NCBI GenBank assembly: GCA_001512915.1
Contig: LFTC01000079.1
Coordinates: forward strand, 19,166 to 83,165
DNA from: Clostridiales bacterium DTU083
Lineage (GTDB): Bacteria > Bacillota > Clostridia > Caldicoprobacterales > DTU083
Direction: 5' to 3'
DNA: 64,000 bases
Every line of letters starts with the position of its first letter. Within the stretch, counting starts at the first letter, position 1. Of this stretch, positions 1-10,937 are shown one piece after another. The position numbers and the translations under genes were made by a program. The notes beneath the pieces were generated by a model. The model did no database searches. It was not told where the DNA came from and was given only the letters and a program-made list of their open reading frames with translations.

Positions 1-1419
1 ATATGTTTCCAAAAGATGGACATCTTCATCCATAGGACTGGTGAAAGGATGATGTTTTGCCGTATACCGCTGTTCCTCCTCATCATACTCCAACAATGGA
101 AATTCCGTAACCCATATCAGGTTCTTTACATTGTTATCCAAGAGGTTCAGCTTCTCCGCAAGCTGCAACCGCAAGTGCCCCAGGGACGCAAACACGACAT
201 CATCCTGATCGGCCACAAAGAGCAAAAGGTCGCCTGCTTCCGCTTCCATTCGGGCAAGCAGGGCATTTAACTCATCTTCGGTGAGGAATTTTGCTATGGG
301 CGATTTAATACCTTCCCCTGTTACATTTATCCATGCCAGGCCTTTTGCCCTGTAGGTTTTTACATGTTCTCCAAGCCCATCAATTTCTCTTCTTGAAAAC
401 TTATCTCCGCAACCCTTGGCGTTAATGCCCCGGACACTTCCTCCCTCTGCCACTGCATTGGCAAATACTCTAAAACTGCAGTTTCTTACAATATCGCTCA
501 CATCTTTTAGTTCAAGGCCGAAACGGGTATCAGGTTTGTCGGTGCCAAACCGTTCCATGGCTTCTTTATAGGTTATGCGGGGCAATGGCAGCGACAGCTC
601 AATGCCCAGTGCTTTTTTCATAACATCGGCTAACAGCCTCTCATTAAGGGAAATAATGTCATCGATGTCCACAAAGGACATTTCTATATCGACCTGCGTA
701 AATTCAGGCTGCCTGTCTGCTCTCAAATCTTCGTCACGGAAACAACGGGCAATTTGAAAATACTTATCAAAACCGGCCAGCATCAACAGCTGTTTGAACA
801 GCTGAGGAGACTGAGGCAGAGCATAAAAGGAACCTGGATGCACCCGGCTGGGCACCAGATAATCCCTGGCACCTTCCGGAGTACTCTTGGTAAGCATGGG
901 GGTTTCGATTTCAAGAAACCCTTCCCTGTCCAGAAAATCCCGTATCCATTTGGTTACCTTATGCCTCAATACCAAGTTTTTCTGCATTTCCGGACGGCGC
1001 AGGTCCAGGTAGCGGTATTTAAGTCTGAGGGCCTCCGATGCATCCAGCCCGTCTTCTATATATATAGGAGGTGTAGCAGCCCTGGAAAGAATTTTAAGTT
1101 CCTTAGCAATTACCTCCACATCCCCGTTGGGATAGTTTGGATTAATTGCAGATTCATCCCGCTTCACCACTGTGCCCTTTACTGCCAGAACAAATTCACT
1201 GCGAATGGTTTCCGCTTTTTCAAAAATATCCTTGCTTTTTTCTGCATCGAATACAACCTGTATAAAACCGGAACGATCTCTTAAATATGTGAAAATCAAC
1301 TTTCCCAAGTCTCTTCTGCGCTGAACCCAGCCGTTCAGAACTACCTGGCTTCCTACCAGTTCATTAGTAATCTCTCCGCACATATGGGTTCGTTTTAGGT
1401 TGCCCATAGATTCAACCAT
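1..1419 (-). CDS. aspS: Aspartyl-tRNA synthetase, N-terminal ~473 codons (runs off the window edge)
   Basis: Minus-strand frame is consistent from the ATG at 1419 ([43 protein letters not shown]...) to base 1; only both ends were translated by hand. At the edge it reads ...[19 protein letters not shown], typical of class II AspRS. An AGGAGG RBS lies inside the hisS 3' end. hisS-aspS synteny is classical in Firmicutes. Confidence 0.9.
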   Translation of the reverse strand, partial: MVESMGNLKRTHMCGEITNELVGSQVVLNGWVQRRRDLGKLIFTYLRDRSGFIQVVFDAEKSKDIFEKAETIRSEFVLAVKGTVVKRDESAINPNYPNGDVEVIAKELKILSRAATPPIYIEDGLDASEALRLKYRYLDLRRPEMQKNLVLRHKVTKWIRDFLDREGFLEIETPMLTKSTPEGARDYLVPSRVHPGSFYALPQSPQLFKQLLMLAGFDKYFQIARCFRDEDLRADRQPEFTQVDIEMSFVDIDDIISLNERLLADVMKKALGIELSLPLPRITYKEAMERFGTDKPDTRFGLELKDVSDIVRNCSFRVFANAVAEGGSVRGINAKGCGDKFSRREIDGLGEHVKTYRAKGLAWINVTGEGIKSPIAKFLTEDELNALLARMEAEAGDLLLFVADQDDVVFASLGHLRLQLAEKLNLLDNNVKNLIWVTEFPLLEYDEEEQRYTAKHHPFTSPMDEDVHLLETY

Positions 1420-1420
1420 T

Positions 1421-2689
1421 TTAGTTCCTCCTCGCACTCAAATAGTCGGCTATTTGATCGAATGCTACACTTTCTTCTTCTCCGGTTTCCATTTCCTTCA
1501 GTCGCAGCTGACCGCCGATCAGCTCCTCTTCGCCTATTGTGCCTACAAAACGGGCACCCAGCTTATTGGCATACTTAAATTGTGCCTTCAGGCTGCGGCC
1601 TACATGATCCATATCACTGGATATGCCTTTTTCCCTAAGCCCTTGTGCCAGTTGAAAAGCTTTTTCCCTGGCTTTTTCGCCTATTGTGGCAAAATATATG
1701 TCACATGCTGTTGGTTTTGGTATTTGGATATCCTGGCTCTGCATTACCAACAGCAACCTTTCCAGCCCCAGACCAAAGCCTACGCCCGGTATGCTGGGAC
1801 CGCCGCACTCCTCTACCAGGCCGTCATACCGCCCGCCGCCACAGACTGTGCCCTGGGCGCCTATGGAGTCGGAGATTATTTCGAATACGGTTTTTGTATA
1901 ATAATCCAAACCCCTTACAATCATAGGATCGATAATATATTCAAAGCCGGCTGCATCCAAGAATTTTTTTACATCATCAAAATGGCTGCTGCACTCCTGG
2001 CACAAATGATCCAGCATGTGAGGAGCGCCTTTGATAACAGGCTGGCAGCCTTCTACCTTGCAGTCCAGTACCCTTAATGGATTCTTTTCATACCTGTCTT
2101 TGCAGGCACTGCATAATTCATCCAAATGATCTGACAGATATTTTTTTAAAAACTCATGGTAATCCGGCCGGCATTTTGGACAGCCGATGCTGTTAATCTT
2201 CAAAGCAAGCTCCTTAATTCCCAACTCTTTAAAAAGGGTCATGGCCAGAGCAATAACCTCCACGTCCACGGACGCTTCAGGTGCGCCAAACACTTCTATT
2301 CCAAACTGGTGGAACTCCCGCTGTCTTCCGGCCTGCGGGCGTTCATAGCGGTAGCATGGAGTCAGGTAAAACATTTTCACCGGCTGAGGATCAGCATACA
2401 GTTTATGTTCTATGTAAGCCCTGGCGACACCTGCAGTTCCTTCCGGCTTCAGTGTTATGCTGCGCCCACCCTTGTCCAAAAAGGTATACATCTCCTTTTG
2501 CACTATATCCGTAGTATCGCCCACGCCTCGCTCAAATAATTCTGTATGCTCAAATACCGGCGTACGTATTTCGTTGTAACCATATGCCTTAGAAATCCTG
2601 CGTATGGTATCCTCTATATAATGCCACTGATAGATCTCCTGAGGCAAAATATCCTTTGTGCCCTTTGGAGCTTTGGTTAACATCTGCAT
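1421..2689 (-). CDS. hisS: Histidyl-tRNA synthetase
   Basis: 422-aa ORF with N-terminus [26 protein letters not shown] and a HisRS-like GGGRYDGL segment. An AAGGAGGAA RBS precedes the ATG, and aspS follows immediately. Confidence 0.95.
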   Translation of the reverse strand: MQMLTKAPKGTKDILPQEIYQWHYIEDTIRRISKAYGYNEIRTPVFEHTELFERGVGDTTDIVQKEMYTFLDKGGRSITLKPEGTAGVARAYIEHKLYADPQPVKMFYLTPCYRYERPQAGRQREFHQFGIEVFGAPEASVDVEVIALAMTLFKELGIKELALKINSIGCPKCRPDYHEFLKKYLSDHLDELCSACKDRYEKNPLRVLDCKVEGCQPVIKGAPHMLDHLCQECSSHFDDVKKFLDAAGFEYIIDPMIVRGLDYYTKTVFEIISDSIGAQGTVCGGGRYDGLVEECGGPSIPGVGFGLGLERLLLVMQSQDIQIPKPTACDIYFATIGEKAREKAFQLAQGLREKGISSDMDHVGRSLKAQFKYANKLGARFVGTIGEEELIGGQLRLKEMETGEEESVAFDQIADYLSARRN

Positions 2690-2699
2690 TTCCTCCTTA

Positions 2700-2998
2700 A
2701 ATTGTTAAAGGTGTGGAAAATAAAAAATCCCTGCATCCCAATAAGGGACGAGAGATTACAACCCGTGGTGCCACCCTGTTTGAAGAAGCATGCCCTTTCG
2801 GTTTTGGTACAAGGCATACTCTCCCACTCTAAGGTGATAACGCTGCCATGCGGATCTGCCCGTATAAGTTACAAGCAGATCTTCTCCGGAGTGTCCTTCC
2901 CCTGTACTTCCACCGGAAATGCTTTCAGCCGCGGCAATTTCCTCTCTGATGCTTCCATACCGGGTACTCTCTCCTTCATAGAATTTAAATTTGAATTT
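2700..2998 (-). promoter_or_regulatory. T-box transcription-attenuation leader of hisS-aspS (specifier reads as GAC/Asp)
   Basis: The minus-strand RNA shows AGAGAGUA (2965-2972) and an F-box-like GCGUUA (2838-2843). It also has the T-box core AACAGGGUGGCACCACGGG (2762-2780) and a terminator stem with a U-run (about 2717-2755) just 5' of the hisS RBS. Confidence 0.85.
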
Positions 2999-3004
2999 TA
3001 TTGT

Positions 3005-3033
3005 ATTATAATCGCCATAGGAAATAATGTCAA
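3005..3033 (-). promoter_or_regulatory. Sigma-A type promoter of the T-box/hisS-aspS unit
   Basis: On the minus strand: TTGACA (3033-3028), a 17-nt spacer, then TATAAT (3010-3005), a perfect consensus. The -35 overlaps the stop codon of the upstream hemZ-like gene. Confidence 0.7.
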
Positions 3034-4535
3034 CTCATACCCAGCACTTTCTGTTTTTTTTCTATCATTTCCTCTATACGAGACAGGTATGTATTCAAGT
3101 CTTTAACGTTGCCAATGCGCACCAGCCTGTCCTCGTCAGGATAGTAAATTTTGCTGGATGCACCTGCCCCAAAAGCCCATATATCCCGCTTCTCATCCAT
3201 AAATTGAATATTATACAGGCATTCCTTTCCAGGCAAGGCATAGCCTACATTTTCCAGGTGGTCCAGCATATATTTCTGCCTGTACAGATAATAGGGAACC
3301 ATGCCCATTCTTTCAATCCATTTCCTGCATACCTGGGCCATCTGTTCTGCCAATCCCTGGCGGTCAGCATCATATTGATCGAAGGTATACTTCCAAGCGG
3401 ATGCCCGCTTCACAGCCAGAGTATGCACCGTAACATTTTCCGGATTCAAAGCAGCTATCTGCTCCATGGTGTGTTCCATATGCTCCGGCCCTTCTCCTGG
3501 AAGTGCCAGTATTACATCCATGTTGATGCAGTCAAATCCAAGTTTCCTGGCCTGATGGGTAACCCGGATTATATCTTCCACTGTATGATTTCTTCCTATT
3601 AAATCCAAGGTTCCCTGATTCATGGACTGAGGATTGATGCTGAGCCTGGTAACCCCGAACTCCTTTAATAACTCAAGCTTGCGCTCGTCCAGGCTGTCCG
3701 GCCTGCCCGCCTCTATCGTATACTCGCGTATGGAATTCTTATCTGCTATCTTCTCCTTTACCAGTTTCAGCAGTTTTTCAAGATGAAAATGGTCCAAGAC
3801 TGTAGGAGTTCCTCCGCCGATGTAAATGGTATCAACAATTGTACCTCTTGAATGAAGCGCCTCCATGACAACGATCAGTTCCTGTTCCAAGCATTCCAGG
3901 TAATCCCTCATTTTATCCGATACCCTGTGGATCAGATCCGAAGGAAAGGAACAGTAATGGCAGCGGGAGGAGCAAAAGGGAATGTGTATATAAACCGACA
4001 CCTCTTTGTTTTCACCATTATCCAAAAGCGGGCGCTGATTATCGGCTGTCTGCAGCAACAGATCAGCCTTTTCAGGGAGAAGCTTATAAATATTATATAA
4101 TTGTCTTCGTATTACTGATTCATCCAGACCAAAGTCATACATTTCCTGTACCAGTTTAACAGGACGTATGCCGGTTAAGGCGCCCCATTTGGGATGCTTG
4201 CCCGTAAACTTATTTAGCAGATCAAAAACACAGCCCTTTATGCCGTTTTTTATGATTCTGTGTGTTTTCTTCTCTTCATCAGTATGCGGCAGCACATCAT
4301 CTTCTGATAAAATATTGGTGTGATTACAGACCTGCATGCCGTTGTCATACAAAAAGGCAGCGAATTCAGTATTACCAGCCTTCTCTTCATATCGGGCCTC
4401 CAGCAGCATGCCGGTGTCGATTGATTCAGGATCCTGATCAGGAAAAGCAGCTATCTGTTTCTGAGGAAAAAAGACCTTAACCAGCTCAACAATTTCATTG
4501 ACATAGGGAATCTGCGGCGCTTTGACCCAAATCAT
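3030..4535 (-). CDS. hemZ: Radical SAM, HemN/HemZ-like coproporphyrinogen dehydrogenase family protein
   Basis: 501-aa ORF with the radical-SAM CxxxCxxC motif (IPFCSSRCHYCSF) and a long N-terminal extension typical of the HemZ-like group. It overlaps the upstream MBL gene by 4 nt. Its true substrate is unknown. Confidence 0.75.
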   Translation of the reverse strand: MIWVKAPQIPYVNEIVELVKVFFPQKQIAAFPDQDPESIDTGMLLEARYEEKAGNTEFAAFLYDNGMQVCNHTNILSEDDVLPHTDEEKKTHRIIKNGIKGCVFDLLNKFTGKHPKWGALTGIRPVKLVQEMYDFGLDESVIRRQLYNIYKLLPEKADLLLQTADNQRPLLDNGENKEVSVYIHIPFCSSRCHYCSFPSDLIHRVSDKMRDYLECLEQELIVVMEALHSRGTIVDTIYIGGGTPTVLDHFHLEKLLKLVKEKIADKNSIREYTIEAGRPDSLDERKLELLKEFGVTRLSINPQSMNQGTLDLIGRNHTVEDIIRVTHQARKLGFDCINMDVILALPGEGPEHMEHTMEQIAALNPENVTVHTLAVKRASAWKYTFDQYDADRQGLAEQMAQVCRKWIERMGMVPYYLYRQKYMLDHLENVGYALPGKECLYNIQFMDEKRDIWAFGAGASSKIYYPDEDRLVRIGNVKDLNTYLSRIEEMIEKKQKVLGMS

Positions 4536-5173
4536 AAGAATTCCTCACCGCTTTGCAAGTATGGGTTTGATGCGTATTCATTCCCTATCGTGCTGCTCGG
4601 CCCGTGGCCGGGGTAAATAACCAAATTATCATCCAAAACCAGAAGTTTTTCCCTTATAGATTTTATAAGGATCTTGTAGTTTCCGCCGGGCAGATCAGTT
4701 CTTCCTATGGAACCTGCAAACAAGGTATCTCCTGTAAAGATTACACCATCGCCCAGATAGGATACGCCTCCTTTGGTATGGCCGGGAGTGTGGATAACCT
4801 GCAGTTTGATATTGCTAACCTGCAGTTCCATGCCGTCCTCCACCATAATGTCCGCTGACACATTTATGGGTTCACCACCAACAAAGGAGGATAAGTTTTT
4901 GGCTGGATCCATAAGCATCTCTGAATCTTCAGGATGCACTGCAACCCTTGCGCCGGTTTTTTCTTTCAGCTCGTTTACTGCCCCTATATGATCGAAATGG
5001 CCATGGGTAAGCAGGATATATTTTAATTGCAGATTATTTTCCTTAATCAGCCCAAGTATTCTGTCAACGCTGCCTCCGGGATCAATGACAACACACTGCC
5101 TGGTTTGTTCACAGTATGGTATATAGCAGTTAACCCCCAGTTCACCAACAATCAGGGATAGAATTTTCAGCAA
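4532..5173 (-). CDS. MBL-fold metallo-hydrolase (glyoxalase II-like)
   Basis: 213-aa ORF with the THGHFDH metal-binding motif and a later HTPGHT motif. Confidence 0.85.
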   Translation of the reverse strand: MLKILSLIVGELGVNCYIPYCEQTRQCVVIDPGGSVDRILGLIKENNLQLKYILLTHGHFDHIGAVNELKEKTGARVAVHPEDSEMLMDPAKNLSSFVGGEPINVSADIMVEDGMELQVSNIKLQVIHTPGHTKGGVSYLGDGVIFTGDTLFAGSIGRTDLPGGNYKILIKSIREKLLVLDDNLVIYPGHGPSSTIGNEYASNPYLQSGEEFL

Positions 5174-5184
5174 TTGATTTCCTC

Positions 5185-5634
5185 CTAAAATGTCTTTTTA
5201 CTGTCAAGCAGAATGGTAACCGGGCCATCATTTACCAAGTCAACTTCCATATGAGCTCCAAAAACTCCTTTTTTAACAGCAATTCCATGTGCAGATACTT
5301 TATTGCAGAATTCCTCATAGTACTTTTCCGCCTTATCAGGTTCTGCTGCTGAAACAAAGCTGGGCCTGCGGCCTTTTCTGCAGTCGGCGCACAGGGTGAA
5401 TTGGGATACAACCAGTATTTCGCCGCCGGTATCCTTTACAGACAAATTCATTTTACCCTGCTCATCCTCAAACACACGGAGATTGACAATTTTATCGGCC
5501 AGATACTCCATGTCCTGCATTGTATCACCCTGCTCAACCCCGAGCAAAACCAGGTACCCCTTCTGAATACTGGATACAGTTCTGCCCTCTACGGTTACGC
5601 CAGCTTGTCTTACACGTTGTACAACAGCCCTCAA
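5185..5634 (-). CDS. dtd: D-aminoacyl-tRNA deacylase
   Basis: 149-aa ORF ([17 protein letters not shown]...SQFTL...) immediately downstream of relA, as in Bacillus. Confidence 0.92.
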   Translation of the reverse strand: MRAVVQRVRQAGVTVEGRTVSSIQKGYLVLLGVEQGDTMQDMEYLADKIVNLRVFEDEQGKMNLSVKDTGGEILVVSQFTLCADCRKGRRPSFVSAAEPDKAEKYYEEFCNKVSAHGIAVKKGVFGAHMEVDLVNDGPVTILLDSKKTF

Positions 5635-5660
5635 ATAAATCTCTCCTTGAAAACTTTATG

Positions 5661-7826
5661 CTAAGCATTTACGCGGTAAACATCCACCACATCAGGCAGC
5701 CGGCCCAGGTATTTCATAACCTTTTCCAGCTGATGAGTGTCATGGATATCCATATTAATATTGATAACAACCATCTTATTTTTCGCCGTTCTGGCGTTTA
5801 TTGCAGTTACATTTATCTTGATTTCTGCTATGGCATTGGTCAAATCAGCCAGCAAAGCCTGTCTGTCATGAGCCACAATTTGAATTTCAGCATTATAGGA
5901 GGCTTTGTTCTCAGCTGCCCAGCTGACCTCGATAAGCCTGTTTGCATCCACTTGATCATCTGCCAGATTGATGCAGTCTGCCCTGTGCACTGAAACTCCC
6001 CTGCCCCTGGTAATATACCCAATGACAGGATCACCGGGCACCGGATTGCAGCACCTGGCTATACGAATCAATACATTGTCGATACCCTTTACTTTGATGC
6101 CGTTTCCTGAATAGCTCCGGGCTTTTTCAGACCGCTGCTCTTTGGTTACAGTTTCCTCCGCTTCTTGTTTATTGGCTTTTCTGTATTCATCTATGAGACG
6201 GTTAAGCACAGGTCCGGTGCTTATGCCTCCGTAACCAATAGCAGAGTATAAATCGTCCAGTGAAGTAAAACCAAACTTCTTTAATATCCCTTCTACCCAT
6301 TCAGGCTGCATAAGTTGGGACAAGGTATATCCGCGGCGTTTCGCTTCCCGCTCCAACATTTCCTTGCCTTTTTCAATATTTTCTTCCCGTCTCTCCTTTT
6401 TGAACCATTGCTTAATCTTATTTCTGGCCTGATTGGTTTTTACAATTTTCAGCCAATCTCTGCTGGGGCCGTGATTAGCTGACTGAGTGGTGAGAATCTC
6501 AACAATTTCACCGGTATTAAGATTATAATCCAAAGGCACGATTTTACCGTTGACCTTGGCGCCGATGCAGCGGTTTCCGACAGCGCTGTGAATGGCATAG
6601 GCAAAATCCAGGGGTGTGGCACCTTTGGGCAAGTCAATTACATCACCTTTGGGCGTAAAAACAAATACCTCGTCGGTAAATAAATCGATCTTCAGGCTTT
6701 CCATAAACTCTTTGGCATCCCGGGAATCATTCTGCCACTCTAAAAGCTGGCGGAGCCAAGCCAGCTTTTTGTCCAGATCATAGGAAGTTTTACCGCCTTC
6801 CTTGTATCTCCAGTGAGCGGCAATTCCGTATTCCGCTGTACGGTGCATATCCCAGGTTCGTATTTGAATTTCAAAAGGTTCCCCCTCCGGACCAATTACA
6901 GTAGTATGCAATGATTGGTACATATTAGGCTTAGGCATGGCAATATAATCCTTAAACCTGCCTGGAATGGGTTTCCAAAGAGTATGTGCTACCCCCAGAA
7001 CTCCGTAACAGTCTTTAACTGTATTCACCAGGACCCGGATAGCAAGAAGATCATATATCTGTTCAAACTCCTTATGCTGCATGTACATCTTCTTATAAAT
7101 GCTGTAGAAGTTTTTAGGTCTTCCCTCAATTTCGCATTCGATGGCCACCTCGTTAAGCTTGTCCTTTAAAGCAGCTATAACCATCTGGATGAATTCCTCG
7201 CGTTCCTTACGTTTCCTGGCTACCTTTTCCACAAGATCATAGTAACCCTTGGGATCAATATATCTTAAAGATATATCCTCCAACTCCCACTTTATTTTAA
7301 AAATACCCAGGCGGTGTGCCAAGGGTGCATAAATCTCCAGGGTTTCATAGGCTTTTTCCCGCTGTTTCTCCTCATCCACATATTCCAAGGTACGCAGGTT
7401 ATGAAGCCTGTCCGCCAGTTTTATAATAATAACCCGTATGTCCTTGGCCATAGCCAGAAACATTTTTCTTAAGTTTTCTACCTGCTGTTCTTCCTTGGAT
7501 TTATATGACAGACGGCTCAATTTGGTTACTCCGTCAACCATACCGGCAACCTCTCTGCCGAATCTCTCCTCCAGCTCTTCCTTTGTTACACCGGTATCTT
7601 CGATTGTGTCATGAAGCAACCCGGCAATAATGGTGTCCACATCCATGCCCAGGTCTGTCAATATTTTTGCCACGGAAAGGGGATGAATGCTGTAAGGTTC
7701 ACCGGAAGACCGCTTTTGGTCGGCATGGGCTTTTTCAGCAAATTTATATGCTTCTGCAACTCTTGCTGCTGCATCTTCTCCAAATATGTCTTTTATTCTA
7801 TTTACCAGCCCTTCCAGCACAATCAT
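5661..7826 (-). CDS. relA: Bifunctional (p)ppGpp synthetase/hydrolase RelA/SpoT (Rel)
   Basis: 721-aa ORF with an HD hydrolase region (HDTIEDT), a synthetase region, and TGS and ACT-like C-terminal parts. apt-relA-dtd synteny is present. Confidence 0.95.
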   Translation of the reverse strand: MIVLEGLVNRIKDIFGEDAAARVAEAYKFAEKAHADQKRSSGEPYSIHPLSVAKILTDLGMDVDTIIAGLLHDTIEDTGVTKEELEERFGREVAGMVDGVTKLSRLSYKSKEEQQVENLRKMFLAMAKDIRVIIIKLADRLHNLRTLEYVDEEKQREKAYETLEIYAPLAHRLGIFKIKWELEDISLRYIDPKGYYDLVEKVARKRKEREEFIQMVIAALKDKLNEVAIECEIEGRPKNFYSIYKKMYMQHKEFEQIYDLLAIRVLVNTVKDCYGVLGVAHTLWKPIPGRFKDYIAMPKPNMYQSLHTTVIGPEGEPFEIQIRTWDMHRTAEYGIAAHWRYKEGGKTSYDLDKKLAWLRQLLEWQNDSRDAKEFMESLKIDLFTDEVFVFTPKGDVIDLPKGATPLDFAYAIHSAVGNRCIGAKVNGKIVPLDYNLNTGEIVEILTTQSANHGPSRDWLKIVKTNQARNKIKQWFKKERREENIEKGKEMLEREAKRRGYTLSQLMQPEWVEGILKKFGFTSLDDLYSAIGYGGISTGPVLNRLIDEYRKANKQEAEETVTKEQRSEKARSYSGNGIKVKGIDNVLIRIARCCNPVPGDPVIGYITRGRGVSVHRADCINLADDQVDANRLIEVSWAAENKASYNAEIQIVAHDRQALLADLTNAIAEIKINVTAINARTAKNKMVVININMDIHDTHQLEKVMKYLGRLPDVVDVYRVNA

Positions 7827-7863
7827 CTCCTTTCTTCGGCTAGTTTACAGTTTATTCCATTAT

Positions 7864-8382
7864 TCATCTTTCATACTGAATCAAAGAGTGTACATTATAT
7901 CCTTCCAAGGTTTTCCGGCCGTTCAGATAACGGAGTTCCATCACAAACAGAATCCCTACAACTATACCACCCAGTTTTTCCACCAGTTTTGTAACTGCCA
8001 GGGCGGTACCTCCCGTAGCAAGAAGATCATCTACTATTACTACTTTCTGGCCGGGTTGAATGGCATCCTTATGAATCTCCAGGACATCTGTTCCATATTC
8101 CAGTTCATATTCATATCTGACTGTCTCAGCCGGTAGTTTGCCTGGTTTGCGCACAAGCACAAACCCTGTGTTCAGCCCGTATGCAACAGGAGCACCCAAA
8201 ACAAAGCCGCGGGCTTCCGGACCCACTACTATTTCTGCACCCATTTCCTTACATATTTTCACCATGGTATCTACAGTATAATGGTATGCTTCTTTATCTT
8301 TCAGCAGGGTTGTTATATCCTTGAAGGATATACCTTTCTTTGGAAAATCTTCAACTACTCTGATTTTTTGAGCTAAATCCAT
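7864..8382 (-). CDS. apt: Adenine phosphoribosyltransferase
   Basis: 172-aa ORF with the PRPP-binding motif [13 protein letters not shown]. Confidence 0.95.
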   Translation of the reverse strand: MDLAQKIRVVEDFPKKGISFKDITTLLKDKEAYHYTVDTMVKICKEMGAEIVVGPEARGFVLGAPVAYGLNTGFVLVRKPGKLPAETVRYEYELEYGTDVLEIHKDAIQPGQKVVIVDDLLATGGTALAVTKLVEKLGGIVVGILFVMELRYLNGRKTLEGYNVHSLIQYER

Positions 8383-8404
8383 CCTGTTTCCTCCTTAAAT
8401 TTAC

Positions 8405-10924
8405 TTACAGCATATTATCACTTATGCCATGGCGGGCTGTCCATTCACTATGGAAATTCACCAGCCGGCTTTCGCTCAAATTGCGGCTTACCGGGTTAGG
8501 ATTGCAGTAAATACGTATGTAACTATCCTTGGTTTCTATGGATATAAAATCCAACTCCTTAAATATTTCCAGGGCAAGACGCAGCTGAAAACCATTCCAT
8601 GAAAACCCGCTTCCTTGCCTTAAATCATCCAACAAACGCCTTCCATCCGGCCATATGTTGCGGCCGGGAATCACTTTTCTAAGCCATTTGTATATAATGC
8701 CTAATTGTTCCCTGTTTAAAGTATAAGCATTTATGTTGATTGCCGCATCCGGCTTACATTTGTTCCAAACGAAGCAACTATGCTTTTGTTTCCTTTCCCC
8801 TGCTGTTTCATAGTAATATAATCCTGTATGGAACCTTTTTTCCTCTGCAGGAGTAATAATGGATCGATAGTACTGCTGAGGGCATCTGAGATAATTTGGA
8901 ATTAAGATTACCGTATTGGATCCCAGACCGTTGCCTGAATACGGATAATGATACTGAACTGGGATCCGGTTCAGTAAATCCTTTTCCATCATCAGATTCA
9001 GAAGCTCAGCTGCATATTCAAAAGTACTTACAAAAACCGCTGTGCCTAACAAAGAATCTGCCAGCCGGTCCAATGCATCTTCAGCCGCCAACTGTTCAGC
9101 TTCTTCACAGACCTCAGTTTCTGCGGTTTTTAATAGATTATCATAATCATTATACATAAAATATTGGAAAAAAACATCAAAAAATTTGAAATAGAAAGAA
9201 GACAGCAATTCGTCTATATCCTCAGGTCCAAGAAAAGTTCGCTTTACATCATACAAATGGAATTGGGTGCTGCTGACACCCATCCATTCATTTCTTTTCA
9301 GCGAAGTAATCAGATTTACACGGCAACCCTGCTGCAGATCCTTACCTGTTTCTCCCATACCAAAACCTACTGCATCCCATGTACGCTGGCCTAAAGATAA
9401 TGACAATTTAATATGGTTGCTTTCCTTCCCTACCAGCTGGCAGCTTTCCACAACAGCCGAGTCCAGGAAAAATTTCGGTACCGGATTGCCGCAGCCGAAA
9501 GGAGCCAGTAAATCTATTTCATCCAGCAGATCAGGAGTAATCTGATCATGTTTAAGCATTCCATCATAAAAATAGCGGGGAACCAGAGCTTCTTCATCCA
9601 AAACTTCGTCTGCATATGCACAAATCCTTTTTCGGAATTCATCGATATTGGATTTATCCATGCCAAGCCCGGCAGCCAGCTCATGCCCGCCAAAACGGGT
9701 CAATAAATCCTTGCATGAGAGCAATGCCTCATACATATGAAAGCCCTGAATGCTGCGAGCTGAACCCGTTGCCTCATCATCATCCAAAGAGAGAACAATG
9801 GCAGGACGATTGTATCGCTCAACAATCCTGGATGCGACGATCCCAATTACACCTGGATGCCAGTTCTCTCCTGCGGTTACAATCACCCTGTCATGGGCAA
9901 GATCCACCTGCCGGGCCATATGTTCGAGGGCTGAGTCCAGAATCTTGCTTTCTGTTTCCTTTCTCAGCTGGTTTTGTTCAACCAGCTCCCGGGCAAGCGA
10001 AAGGGCCTGGCCAACATTACCGGACGTAATCAGATCATAACCGGCATGAAAGGTAGTCATTCTGCCGGGTGCGTTGAGGCATGGACCTATCGAGTAGGAA
10101 ATTATGCCGGCATCCACGGCTTTTCCATCCCTGTTCAAAGCCCGTAGCAAAGCACTGATGCCGGGACGAGGTTTTTCATTAATCTGTCTGATTCCCAAAG
10201 CTGCAAAAATACGGTTTTCATCGGTAAGGGGCACTATATCTGCAATTGTTCCGATGGCTATCAGATCCAAATACAGGGAAAGAGCTTCAAGCCCCCCCAA
10301 AGCCTGTATAAGCTTTGCTGCCACTCCAACACCGGCCAGTTCCTTAAAAGGGTATTGCTGATCTGGAATTTTCGGATTGATAACGGCATATGCATCAGGC
10401 AGATCTGCCCCCGGCACATGATGATCAGTTATTATGATATCCATATGCCGGTTAAACTGTTGCACTTCTTCAATGGCGGAAATTCCGCAATCAACTGTAA
10501 TCAGCAGCCTGGCTCCCTGTTCAAGAACCGATTGCAAGGATTCTGCATGCAGTCCGTATCCTTCATCCTGGCGGCTGGGTATGTATACATCCGCCTCTGC
10601 TCCCAGAGACCTCAAATAAAGGGACAATACAGCGGAAGATGTTATTCCATCTGCATCATAATCTCCATAAATTACTATTTTTTCACCGGACATAACAGCC
10701 TGTCTGATTCGTACGGCAGCCTTTTCCATATCTTTCAGGAGAAAGGGATCGTGCAGATGGCTAAGACTTGGCTTAAGAAAAGCTCTGGCTTTATCCGGAT
10801 CGGTTATTCCCCTGTTTACAAGGAGGCCGGCAGTCACTTCACTGATGCCCAGCTCCATCATCAAGAGCATGATTATTGTAGATCTGTCTTTAATATCTGG
10901 TACATAGAGCTGATATATCGACAT
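8405..10924 (-). CDS. recJ: Single-stranded-DNA-specific exonuclease RecJ
   Basis: 839-aa ORF with DHH motifs (YGDYDADGITS, ITVDCG, IITDHH) and a DHHA1 region (GGHELAAG). The long C-terminal part has no motif I recognise. Confidence 0.9.
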   Translation of the reverse strand: MSIYQLYVPDIKDRSTIIMLLMMELGISEVTAGLLVNRGITDPDKARAFLKPSLSHLHDPFLLKDMEKAAVRIRQAVMSGEKIVIYGDYDADGITSSAVLSLYLRSLGAEADVYIPSRQDEGYGLHAESLQSVLEQGARLLITVDCGISAIEEVQQFNRHMDIIITDHHVPGADLPDAYAVINPKIPDQQYPFKELAGVGVAAKLIQALGGLEALSLYLDLIAIGTIADIVPLTDENRIFAALGIRQINEKPRPGISALLRALNRDGKAVDAGIISYSIGPCLNAPGRMTTFHAGYDLITSGNVGQALSLARELVEQNQLRKETESKILDSALEHMARQVDLAHDRVIVTAGENWHPGVIGIVASRIVERYNRPAIVLSLDDDEATGSARSIQGFHMYEALLSCKDLLTRFGGHELAAGLGMDKSNIDEFRKRICAYADEVLDEEALVPRYFYDGMLKHDQITPDLLDEIDLLAPFGCGNPVPKFFLDSAVVESCQLVGKESNHIKLSLSLGQRTWDAVGFGMGETGKDLQQGCRVNLITSLKRNEWMGVSSTQFHLYDVKRTFLGPEDIDELLSSFYFKFFDVFFQYFMYNDYDNLLKTAETEVCEEAEQLAAEDALDRLADSLLGTAVFVSTFEYAAELLNLMMEKDLLNRIPVQYHYPYSGNGLGSNTVILIPNYLRCPQQYYRSIITPAEEKRFHTGLYYYETAGERKQKHSCFVWNKCKPDAAININAYTLNREQLGIIYKWLRKVIPGRNIWPDGRRLLDDLRQGSGFSWNGFQLRLALEIFKELDFISIETKDSYIRIYCNPNPVSRNLSESRLVNFHSEWTARHGISDNML

Positions 10925-10937
10925 TTAACCCCCTCAT

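Noticed and set aside
1400-2077. 225-aa plus-strand ORF (and nested 93-aa and 71-aa ORFs) antisense to hisS
   Set aside because: It lies entirely inside a strongly supported hisS gene. It has no RBS, and its Cys/Phe/Tyr-rich, low-information composition is typical of antisense frames.
2891-2893. CAC (His) as the T-box specifier codon
   Set aside because: CAC is followed by U rather than the conserved purine. It would require shortening the basal stem, and the UGGC bulge predicts a G73 tRNA (Asp-like). It is kept only as an alternative register in the finding.
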